Under the pieces are notes generated by a model that did not search any database, was not told the DNA's origin, and was given only the letters and a program-made list of their open reading frames with translations. 64,000 nucleotides of DNA, taken from positions 330,387-394,386 of the forward strand of contig CAWGFE010000002.1 of the NCBI GenBank assembly GCA_963821875.1. The letters are read 5' to 3'. This document shows positions 53,109 to 61,639 of this stretch, one piece after another. The stretch's first letter is position 1; each line of letters opens with the position of its first letter. Source of the stretch: an uncultured Alphaproteobacteria bacterium. Lineage in GTDB: Bacteria; Pseudomonadota; Alphaproteobacteria; CAVTAV01. The position numbers and the translations under genes are program-made.

Positions 53109-55226
53109 ATGTCGGCCACCCACACCTGGCTAATCGATATCGTCCTGATGGTCTCGGTCGCGCTTCTGTCCTTCGGCGGCGCCGCGACCTTTCTGCGTCT
53201 GCGCAATCGGCAGCGCTCGGCGGAGAGCAAGAGCTCGATCCTGGAAAGCCGTCTGGGCGCCGCAATCGAGAGTCAGTCCGCCGGCTTCGCGCTTTTCGAC
53301 AGCGATGACCTGCTGGTTTTCTCGAACACGCGGCTGCGCGACATGCTTCCCAAAATGGCCGATCTCTCTCCCGGCCAGACAGCCGGGGCCGTGATCGATG
53401 CGATCGTCGAAAATCTCATCCCCTTCGGCTCGATCACCGACCGCAAGCCCCTGGTGAACCGCATCACCACCGTCTTCAACGATCCGCTCGGCACGCCCCA
53501 TGAAGCCAAGACGCGCACCGGACAGTGGCTGCGGATACGCGCGACGCGGGTTAGCGACGGCGACCGGCTGCTTCTGATCGACGACGTAACGGACGAGATC
53601 ACCCGCGAGACCAATATGCGCGAGAGCGAAATCCGTTTCCGCGATCTCGTCGAGCTGTCGTCGGACTGGATCTGGGAAACCGGGCCGGATGGACGCCTCA
53701 CATTCGTGTCGGAGAATTTCGCGCGCTCGCTCGGCGTGCCGGTGCGGGACCTGCTCGGCAACCGGCGCGAGGCGCTGAGCAATCTGCGCGCCAACCCGAC
53801 CGCCTGGCGCGCCCATCTCTCGGCCATCGTGGCGCGGCAGCCTTTCCGCGACTTCGAACATTCGATCGTCTCCGCCTCGGGCGAGACATTGCGCGTGCGC
53901 GACAGCGGCCGCCCTTATTACGGGCCGGGCGATGCGTTTCTCGGCTATCGCGGCACCGGCAAGGACGTAACGCGGGAATGGCAGGCGGAGCAAAGCGCCG
54001 AACGGTCCCGCCGCCTGCTCGAAGAAGCGGTGGAGGCGATGTCCGAAGGCTTCGCGCTGTTCGATCCCGAAGACAAGCTCGTGATGTGCAACAGCAAATT
54101 CATTCAACAGAATCCGAGGATCGCCGGCGCCTTCACGCCGGGCACGAGCTATGAGCAGATTCTGCGGGCGATCGCGACCAGCGGCGTGGCCCCGGACGCC
54201 GAAAACCGGGTCGAGGAGTGGGTTCGCGAACGGGTCAACCGCAAGCGCCAGTCGCGCACCACGACCGAGCGGCGCATGCCGAGCGGCAGCTGGATCGGCG
54301 TCACCAACTATCACACCGAGGATGGCAGCCGGGTGGTGCTCTATACCGACATCACCGAGATCAAGGAGCATGAAATCGCGCTCAGCCAGCGGGTGTCGGA
54401 GCTGCAGGAGAGCCAGACCATCCTCAAGAAGCAGCGCCAGGAACTCGCCGAACTCGCCGATACGCTGGAGGCCGCGCGCGACCAGGCCGAACGCGCGAAC
54501 CGCGCCAAATCCGCCTTCCTCGCCACCATGAGCCATGAATTGCGCACGCCCCTGAACGCGATCATCGGCTTCGCCGAAATCATTCGGGATCACGCCCTCA
54601 AGACCGACGGCAACAGCCGCTATGCGGAATATGCCGTGGACGTCTACGAGAGCGGCCGGCACCTGCTGGATCTCATCAACGATATCCTGGATGTCTCGCG
54701 GCTCGATTCCGGACGGCTGGAGCTGAACTGCAATCCGTTCAGCGTGGGCGAGGCGGTGCGCGGCGTGGCCGAGACCATGCGCGGCGATATCCTGGCCTCC
54801 GGTCTGGCGCTTGAGGTCGACATCCCGGCCGGCCTGCCCGACTTCGACGCCGATGAGCGGCGCATCAAGCAGATCGTGATGAAGCTGCTCTCCAACGCGA
54901 TCAAATTCACCAAGCGCGGCGGCAAGGTCACGGTCCGGTCCGCGATGAACAATGCCGGCGGGATGAGCGTTTCGGTAACCGACACCGGCATCGGCATCGC
55001 GCCCCAGGACATCCCCCGCGCCATCGAAAGCTTCCGCCAGATCGACAGCGAGCTGAACCGGCGCTATCCCGGAAGCGGCCTCGGCCTACCCCTCTCAAAA
55101 GCAATGATCGAGCTCCACGGCGGCACGCTCACAATCGACAGCAGGCCCGGCGAAGGCACGACGGTCTCCGTCAGCCTTCCTGCGGAAAGACGGGTCAGCG
55201 AGGTCGAGACCGGGACGGGATCATAA
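53109..55226 (+). CDS. Membrane-anchored multi-PAS sensor histidine kinase (HisKA plus HATPase_c). No cognate regulator is adjacent.
   Basis: One N-terminal TM helix, about three PAS-like regions, H-box ATMSHELRTPLNAI, N/G boxes (LLSNAIKFT, DTGIGI, GSGLGL). 705 aa. Confidence 0.8.
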   Translation: MSATHTWLIDIVLMVSVALLSFGGAATFLRLRNRQRSAESKSSILESRLGAAIESQSAGFALFDSDDLLVFSNTRLRDMLPKMADLSPGQTAGAVIDAIVENLIPFGSITDRKPLVNRITTVFNDPLGTPHEAKTRTGQWLRIRATRVSDGDRLLLIDDVTDEITRETNMRESEIRFRDLVELSSDWIWETGPDGRLTFVSENFARSLGVPVRDLLGNRREALSNLRANPTAWRAHLSAIVARQPFRDFEHSIVSASGETLRVRDSGRPYYGPGDAFLGYRGTGKDVTREWQAEQSAERSRRLLEEAVEAMSEGFALFDPEDKLVMCNSKFIQQNPRIAGAFTPGTSYEQILRAIATSGVAPDAENRVEEWVRERVNRKRQSRTTTERRMPSGSWIGVTNYHTEDGSRVVLYTDITEIKEHEIALSQRVSELQESQTILKKQRQELAELADTLEAARDQAERANRAKSAFLATMSHELRTPLNAIIGFAEIIRDHALKTDGNSRYAEYAVDVYESGRHLLDLINDILDVSRLDSGRLELNCNPFSVGEAVRGVAETMRGDILASGLALEVDIPAGLPDFDADERRIKQIVMKLLSNAIKFTKRGGKVTVRSAMNNAGGMSVSVTDTGIGIAPQDIPRAIESFRQIDSELNRRYPGSGLGLPLSKAMIELHGGTLTIDSRPGEGTTVSVSLPAERRVSEVETGTGS

Positions 55227-55272
55227 GTCGGCCCGAGCCGCTACACGCCCTTAATTGATAGGGGATCGGATC

Positions 55273-56595
55273 CTATGTCGGCAGGGACGCTTTTTGCCAC
55301 CTGTTGAGAACCGCGAATAACGCAATCGCCGGTATGCCGATCAATCCGGCGCCGACGAAAAATATTGCGTAGGCATGCATCAACCCGAAGCTGCCTTCCA
55401 GCCCTTGCACGATAACACCGGAGAACACTTTGAGTATCTTTCCGGCCCATGTGTAGGTGGAACTGAGAAGCGCATACTGGGTCGCTGTATAACCCAGGCT
55501 CGTCAAACTGGACATGTAGGAGACAAGCGCGACTCCCGCAACAGAGATGCCGAAATTGTCCAGCGCCATCACGATTGCGAACACGGCATCGCCATGGGCA
55601 TAAGGCAATATCGCATAGGCCATCGTTCCGAGAATTTGCAAGGCGCCACCGACGAATAATGCGCCCATATAGCCAAGCCAAATCGAGAGAAACCCGCCGG
55701 CGGCCACGCCCAGAAACACGGCGACGAGACCAAAACTGCCGCGCACCGCGCCGACAAGATCTTTCGACAGGCCGATGTCGTGATAGAGCGGATTCGCCAT
55801 CGGGCCCATCATGAAATTCGGCAGTTGAAAGAGGCTGATTGCCACCAGCATCAAAAGCGCCTGCGCGCCGTAGGCCTTGAAGAAGACGATAAACGGTCCT
55901 GCTACGGCGTCGAAAAGGCCGCGCCCACTCCATAGCGGAGCTTCGGTCTCCTTTTCCTCCATCACGCGGTCGGCATTTGCCGGTTCGTTGGCGAGAAGGC
56001 AGGCAACAACGCCGATCGTCATCAATGCGCCATAGGCGACATAGGACGCATTCCATCCGATGCGCGCGGCGATCGGCAGAATGATCGCTTCCGTCGCCAA
56101 CATCGCCGCGCGATAGCCGAATGTGTAGGCGGACGTCAGAAGCCCGAGTTCATCGGCATCCTTCGCCGTTTCGATGCGCCAGGCATCGATCACGATGTCC
56201 TGCGTCGCGGAGGCGAATGCCACCACAAGCGCCAGCACGCCCAGCGTTACCAGGCCATGGCCCACGCCCGCCACGGCCATGGCGATCAATCCGCCACCGA
56301 CGAAGAGCTGGGCGATAATCATCCAGCCGCGGCGGCGTCCGAGCCTGCGGAGAAACGGCGCGCTCGTCCGGTCGATGACCGGCGCCCAAACGAACTTCAG
56401 GGAATAAGCAAGACCGACACCCGACAGAAAGCCGATGGTCGAAAGCGACGTACCCGCATCGCGGAGCCAATAACCGAACGTGTTGCCAACCAGAAGAAAC
56501 GGGAGCCCGCTGGAAAAACCCAGTGCCAGCATCACCAGAACATGCGGTTGGAGATAGGCTGAAAATGGCCGCTTCTCGCGCGTCGACATAGTCAT
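55273..56595 (-). CDS. ampG: AmpG-family MFS muropeptide permease
   Basis: 440 aa. MFS signature (GWLRD...VWAPVIDR) typical of AmpG. Confidence 0.75.
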   Translation of the reverse strand: MTMSTREKRPFSAYLQPHVLVMLALGFSSGLPFLLVGNTFGYWLRDAGTSLSTIGFLSGVGLAYSLKFVWAPVIDRTSAPFLRRLGRRRGWMIIAQLFVGGGLIAMAVAGVGHGLVTLGVLALVVAFASATQDIVIDAWRIETAKDADELGLLTSAYTFGYRAAMLATEAIILPIAARIGWNASYVAYGALMTIGVVACLLANEPANADRVMEEKETEAPLWSGRGLFDAVAGPFIVFFKAYGAQALLMLVAISLFQLPNFMMGPMANPLYHDIGLSKDLVGAVRGSFGLVAVFLGVAAGGFLSIWLGYMGALFVGGALQILGTMAYAILPYAHGDAVFAIVMALDNFGISVAGVALVSYMSSLTSLGYTATQYALLSSTYTWAGKILKVFSGVIVQGLEGSFGLMHAYAIFFVGAGLIGIPAIALFAVLNRWQKASLPT

Positions 56596-56820
56596 GCGGC
56601 GACGGCGCGGCTGATCTTCGGGAACAACCCAGAGAGCCTGAAATCAAACTCGGTGCGATCGACAGGCTTGGTCAGCGAGCCATCCCTGCCCGCCTCCCGG
56701 CAAGCCCACCGCCCGGTTTCCAATGCCTCGGCCCATTTTTTCAGTCGGGATGCCACCATTGCGCCGCCAGCTTATAGAGTTTGCCGCAACAAGGCTTGCC
56801 CGAATTTTCCTCAGAAAACG

Positions 56821-57414
56821 CTAATAGCGGGAGCGCGGCCCGGTCGAGCCGGTCTCGGCGGGTAGTTCGTGGATATGAACGTCCAGGCCGGAATGGAGGC
56901 GGAGGATTTCGCTGGCGCGCCGTTCGCGCTCCTTGTTCACCGTGCGGACCCAGAGCAGCAACCCGCCATGATCGAGCTGCTCTTTCAGATAATGCGCGTG
57001 ATGATCGCCGAACCATTTGGCGAGGATCGTGCCGAGCGCCCCGCCGGTGCCGCCGAAGACGACCGCGCCGGCAATCGCCGCCGCCAGCGCGCCGCCCGAC
57101 GCGACGATGGCGCCGGCCGCGACCGTTGCGCCGACATATATGAGGCCGCCGGTCATCGCCCCTTCGACATCGCCGACCGTCTCGGTCGAGACATAGGCGG
57201 TTCTCGGCACCTCGCCGCGATCCTCGAGTTCGGTCACCTTGCGGTATTTCCCGTGGAGCTTTTCCTCGACGGTCTGCTCGGCCGCCAGCAGGCTCAGTTC
57301 GGAGCGATCGAAGCCCGATGTCAGAAGATCGTCGATCGCGGCCTGCAATTTCCCGGCGTCCTCGAAGACGCCGACCGCCTCGCGAACGCATGAATTGTCC
57401 CGGCCGTTCTCCAT
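56821..57414 (-). CDS. Hypothetical protein with a glycine-zipper (GxxxG-rich) membrane segment
   Basis: ATG 57414 with GAGGAGAG 6 nt upstream (MENGRDNSCVREAVGVFEDAGK...). Central segment GGLIYVGATVAAGAIVASGGALAAAIAGAVVFGGTGGALG. The ORF-track start at 57732 is an unsupported 106-aa extension. Confidence 0.5.
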   Translation of the reverse strand: MENGRDNSCVREAVGVFEDAGKLQAAIDDLLTSGFDRSELSLLAAEQTVEEKLHGKYRKVTELEDRGEVPRTAYVSTETVGDVEGAMTGGLIYVGATVAAGAIVASGGALAAAIAGAVVFGGTGGALGTILAKWFGDHHAHYLKEQLDHGGLLLWVRTVNKERERRASEILRLHSGLDVHIHELPAETGSTGPRSRY

Positions 57415-57688
57415 CGCCGTCTCTCCTCTCGCTTCCACCTTTGACGTGTCGTAGGCGTTCGAGAAAGAAACGCATGAGATTGGATTTGGATCGCGGTCGC
57501 GGCGGTTTTTTCTGCGGCTTTTCGACCCGGGGACACGACCGCGCCGATCCCGGAGGAGGACCGCGCCCGGATCTTCCACGAAAACGCCGAACGGGTGTTC
57601 CATATAAAACCGGCCATGTAAAACCGGAATGACAGCGCCTCCTTTTGGCGCTAGCCTCTCCTCTTGTAACATCCGTGATGGTTCATCG

Positions 57689-57722
57689 CGGAATGCAAAG
57701 GGGGGCGGAATGCAAAGGGGGG
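57689..57722 (+). repeat. Perfect 17-nt tandem duplication, (cggaatgcaaagggggg)x2, which duplicates the Shine-Dalgarno region 8 nt upstream of the tannase-family gene start
   Basis: Seen directly in the sequence. Copy 1 is 57689-57705 and copy 2 is 57706-57722. Confidence 0.9.
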
Positions 57723-57730
57723 ACGGACAC

Positions 57731-59308
57731 ATGAAGACGGTCGATCATCTTATCAGGGGCGCGGCAGCGGCCGGTTTTCTCGTCGCTTGCTCAATAGGGA
57801 CGGCGCAAGCGGCTGACAAATGCGGAAGCCTTACGTCGTTCGGCGTTCCCAATCACACGGTCTCTATTTCCAAAGCCGAAATGGTGGCGGCCGGACCGGC
57901 GCCAAGGCGGAACACTCCCGGCGCACCGCCGGGCGCCGATCTTCCGGCCCACTGCCTTGTCGAAGGCATGATCGACCAGCGCACCGGCGCGGGCGGCAAG
58001 ACCTACGGCATCGGCTTCGCCGTTGCGCTGCCCGCCGACTGGAACGGACGGTTCCTGTTTCAGGGTGGCGGCGGCCTCGACGGCGTGCTCAATCCGCCGC
58101 TCGGCCCTATTGCAGCCGGCGACAAGCCCGCACTCGCCCGTGGCTTCGCGGTCGCCAGCACCGATAGCGGCCATCAGGCCAAGGCCGTCTTCGATGCGAG
58201 CTTCATGGCCGACCAGCAGGCCGTCGTGGACTTCCAATACGCCTCGATCGGCACCGTGACCGACCTCGCCAAGCAGATCATCGCCGCCTATTACGGCAAA
58301 CCCGCCGCGCATTCCTATTTCACCGGCTGCTCGATGGGCGGCCGCGAAGCGATGATCGCGGCGCAGCGCTATCCGCTGAAATTCGATGGCGTCATCTCGG
58401 GTGCGCCGGCCATGCGCGTCGGCTGGTCTGGCATCGGCGACAAATGGGTCTCGACCGTGCTCAACACCGTCGCCCCCAAGGGCGCCGACGGCAAACCGGA
58501 GGTCACCAAGATCTTCTCTCCGGCGGAGAAGAAACTGGTCATCAACGGCATTCTCAAGGCCTGCGACGCCAAGGACGGCCTCAAGGACGGCATGATCTTC
58601 AACGTCGCCCAATGTCATTTCGATCCCGAAATGCTGGCCTGCAAGGGCGAGAAGACCGACTCCTGCCTGAGCCACAAACAGGCCGCCGCGATCAAGCGCG
58701 CCATGGCGGGCCCGAAGGATTCGAAAGGACACCAGGTCTATCCCGGCTTCTATTACGACACCGGCCTTGCCGCCCGGCGGCCCATTCCGGGGCTGCTCAA
58801 TCCCGGCCCAAGCCCGGTCGGCGGGACGAATTATCAGACCAAAATGGATGTGGACGCCGAAGCCGCGGCGGCCGCCGCCAATCCGGCGAACGCGACGGGC
58901 GACACCGCCCACTGGGTCCAGCTCAACAGCTTTTACCAGAAAGGCGGAAAGCTGATCTTCTTCCACGGCGTCAGCGACCCGTGGTTCTCGGCGCAGGATA
59001 CCGTTCGCTATTACAAGCAGATGGCCACCGCCAATGGCGGGGCCGACAAGGTTCGCGCAATGGACAGCCGGCTGTTCCTCGTGCCCGGCATGGGACATTG
59101 CGGCGGCGGCCCGGCGACGCTCGACCGGTTCGATCTCTTGAGCAAGCTGGTCGACTGGGTCGAGAACGGCAAGGCGCCGGCGTCCGTCACCGCGACGGGC
59201 CGCGACTTCCCGGGACGCAGCCGGCCGCTCTGCGCCTATCCGAAACACGCGCAGTACACCGGCAAGGGCGATCCGGAGAACGCGCAGAACTTCACCTGCC
59301 AGGACTGA
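57731..59308 (+). CDS. Secreted tannase / feruloyl-esterase-family alpha/beta hydrolase
   Basis: ATG 57731. Signal peptide (MKTVDHLIRGAAAAGFLVACSIGTAQA). Catalytic GCSxGG motif (FTGCSMGGREAMI) and paired Cys typical of the tannase family. 525 aa. Confidence 0.8.
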   Translation: MKTVDHLIRGAAAAGFLVACSIGTAQAADKCGSLTSFGVPNHTVSISKAEMVAAGPAPRRNTPGAPPGADLPAHCLVEGMIDQRTGAGGKTYGIGFAVALPADWNGRFLFQGGGGLDGVLNPPLGPIAAGDKPALARGFAVASTDSGHQAKAVFDASFMADQQAVVDFQYASIGTVTDLAKQIIAAYYGKPAAHSYFTGCSMGGREAMIAAQRYPLKFDGVISGAPAMRVGWSGIGDKWVSTVLNTVAPKGADGKPEVTKIFSPAEKKLVINGILKACDAKDGLKDGMIFNVAQCHFDPEMLACKGEKTDSCLSHKQAAAIKRAMAGPKDSKGHQVYPGFYYDTGLAARRPIPGLLNPGPSPVGGTNYQTKMDVDAEAAAAAANPANATGDTAHWVQLNSFYQKGGKLIFFHGVSDPWFSAQDTVRYYKQMATANGGADKVRAMDSRLFLVPGMGHCGGGPATLDRFDLLSKLVDWVENGKAPASVTATGRDFPGRSRPLCAYPKHAQYTGKGDPENAQNFTCQD

Positions 59309-59439
59309 CCGCGTAAACTAGGGGGTGGCGCCGATCCGGCGCTCATTCGCGCCGGAGATCCCTCATCGCCATCCCGTTTCCGCCCCACTATCGGCTCAGC
59401 CTCGCGCTGTTCGTCGCGGGCTTCGTCACCTTCGCGGCC

Positions 59440-60540
59440 ATGCATTGCATACAGCCGCTGCTCCCGGTGCTGGCCGACGCGTTCCATGTCTCCGCGGCCG
59501 AGGCAAGTCTCGCCATGTCCGTGACGACCGGCATCCTCGGGCCCGCGATCCTGACCGCCGGCATGATCTCGGACCGCGTCGGGCGGGTCGGTATCCTGAT
59601 CGGCTCGCTCGCCTGCTCGGGCGTCTTGACTCTCGCGGTCGCCCTCGCACCGACATGGGAAAGCCTGCTGGTGTTCCGGTTCCTCGCCGGCCTGTCGCTC
59701 GCGGGCCTTTCCGCCGTGGGCGTGGCCTTCATCGCCGAGGAGGTGAACCCGGAAGCCGTGCCTCGGGTCGTCGGGCTCTATATCGGCGGGTCCGCGATCG
59801 GCGGCATGTCGGGGCGCGTCGCCGCCGGCGTCATGACCGACTTCCTCGGATGGCGCGCGGCCGTGGGCGGCATCGCGGTGCTGACCTTGATCGCCGCCGT
59901 CGTCTTCTGGCGCATCGTTCCGCCATCCCGGAATTTCGAGCCGCGCTCGATTCATCCCCGCCGCATCGCCAGCGGGATCCGCGAGGCCCTCAGGGACCCG
60001 CAACTGCCCCTTCTCTACGCCGAGGCCGCCCTGCTGATGGGCGCGTTCTTCGCCGTTTACAATTACATCTCGTTTCGCCTGTTGGCGCCGCCGTTCGATT
60101 TGAGCCATGCCGAGGTCGGATCGATCTTCACGCTCTATATTCTCGGGTCGATCTGCTCGGCGGGCGCCGGACATATCGCGAAGCGCCTCGGCCGCTCGCC
60201 GACCTTCCTCGCCTTCATCGGTCTGGCCCTCGCGGGCGTGGCGCTGACACTCTCCCCGATGCTGTGGCTCGTCATTACCGGCGTCGGACTGCTGACCGCA
60301 GGCTTCTTCGGCGCACACGCCATCGCCTCGGGATCCGTCGCCGCCCGCAAGGCGAGCTATCCGGCGCTCGCGTCGGGGCTCTACTTTCTGGCCTTCTATC
60401 TCGGCGCCAGCATTTTCGGGACGCTCGGGGGAGTCGTCTGGGCCCGTGGCGGCTGGATCGGGGTTGCCGGTCTCTCCGGCCTGCTTTTCATGGCGGCGAT
60501 CGCCATAGGCCTGAAGCTCAGATCGGCTGCTGACGGGTAG
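59440..60540 (+). CDS. MFS transporter. Its 5' end is unresolved (see findings).
   Basis: Motif A (DRVGRVG) and about 11 TM helices from ATG 59440. A TM1-like sequence is encoded in frame upstream without any ATG, GTG or TTG. Confidence 0.65.
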   Translation: MHCIQPLLPVLADAFHVSAAEASLAMSVTTGILGPAILTAGMISDRVGRVGILIGSLACSGVLTLAVALAPTWESLLVFRFLAGLSLAGLSAVGVAFIAEEVNPEAVPRVVGLYIGGSAIGGMSGRVAAGVMTDFLGWRAAVGGIAVLTLIAAVVFWRIVPPSRNFEPRSIHPRRIASGIREALRDPQLPLLYAEAALLMGAFFAVYNYISFRLLAPPFDLSHAEVGSIFTLYILGSICSAGAGHIAKRLGRSPTFLAFIGLALAGVALTLSPMLWLVITGVGLLTAGFFGAHAIASGSVAARKASYPALASGLYFLAFYLGASIFGTLGGVVWARGGWIGVAGLSGLLFMAAIAIGLKLRSAADG

Positions 60541-60566
60541 CAGATATTCAGATCTGTCCGAGCCGC

Positions 60567-61559
60567 CTAACTCTCGTTCCAGCAGTGCTCGGCAAAGCGG
60601 CGGGTATCCTGCTGCAGGACCGCGTCCTCCGGGGCGCCGAAAAAGCCGGCATGGGGCATGGCCTCGTAGACCAGCAGCTCGACCGGCACATTGGCGGCGC
60701 GCAACCGGTGCAGCATGCGCGCGGCGTTGGAGAGGAACAGGTCGCGCGTGCCCGCCGTCATCAGGGTCGGCGGGAAGCCGCGCGAGAAATCCCCGAACAG
60801 GGGCGAGAGCAAAGGATCGGTGAGATCGTGCCCGCCGGCATAGAGCCGGTTCATGATATCGAGGCTGTCCTGCAGCACCACGTCGAAGGTCCGGTTGGTC
60901 TGGAAGCTGTCGCCGGATTCGGTGAGGTCCAGTTCCGGCGTCTCCAGAATCAGCCCGGCCGGCAGGGGCAGCCCCTCGTCCCGCGCGCGCAGCATCAGCG
61001 CGGCTGCGAGATTACCGCCAGCCGAGGAGCCATGCACCACGATGGTTTCGGGCGCGTGACGATCGAGCACGGCGCGATAGGCCGCGATGCAGTCGTCGAG
61101 CGGCGTGGGATAAGGAAAGAGCGGTGGCATCCGGTAATCCGGCGCATAGACCGTGCCGTTCATCAGCACCGCGCTCATCCGCGCGCCGAACCGGCAACCC
61201 TCGCCGCCCCCGGCGACGAAGGCGCCGCCGTGAATGCTGAACAGCACATGGTCGGGGTTGGCGTCGCTCGCCCGGCTGACCGCGTGATAGCACGGCGCCT
61301 CGCCGAAGGTCAGCGTCTCGACCCCGGCGCCCTCCGCCACACTCGCGGCGGCCTCCCGCAGGCCCCGGAAATTCGCATCCGCCGCTTCGACCCAGCGCTG
61401 CCAGCCCGCCACATCGTCGAGCGCGGGATAATCGCGATTGATCGGCGGCGTCTCGGCGGCTTGGGAGAGAAAGGCCTGCGCCTCGGGGCTGATCGATTTC
61501 GGCACCGGAATGGCCCGCGCATCGAGCTGCAACGGCGTAAATGTCTGATTGTCGGCCAT
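60567..61559 (-). CDS. Alpha/beta-hydrolase fold-3 esterase/lipase (HSL-like)
   Basis: HGG oxyanion motif (SIHGGAFVAGG), GxSxG nucleophile (HGSSAGGNLA), conserved DxxF...H region. 330 aa. Confidence 0.8.
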   Translation of the reverse strand: MADNQTFTPLQLDARAIPVPKSISPEAQAFLSQAAETPPINRDYPALDDVAGWQRWVEAADANFRGLREAAASVAEGAGVETLTFGEAPCYHAVSRASDANPDHVLFSIHGGAFVAGGGEGCRFGARMSAVLMNGTVYAPDYRMPPLFPYPTPLDDCIAAYRAVLDRHAPETIVVHGSSAGGNLAAALMLRARDEGLPLPAGLILETPELDLTESGDSFQTNRTFDVVLQDSLDIMNRLYAGGHDLTDPLLSPLFGDFSRGFPPTLMTAGTRDLFLSNAARMLHRLRAANVPVELLVYEAMPHAGFFGAPEDAVLQQDTRRFAEHCWNES

Positions 61560-61639
61560 GGAATCCCCCTCGTATTCAAGCCCCCGCTGTCGCGCTCACT
61601 TTACCGGCTCGGAAGGTGTACGCAAATAGGAGCGTCCCT

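Noticed and set aside
57415-57628. EcfG/general-stress-type promoter (GGAAC-N16/17-CGTT) upstream of the glycine-zipper protein gene
   Set aside because: I searched both strands of the divergent region. Only partial matches with wrong spacing (AACG-N10-GTTCC) were found.
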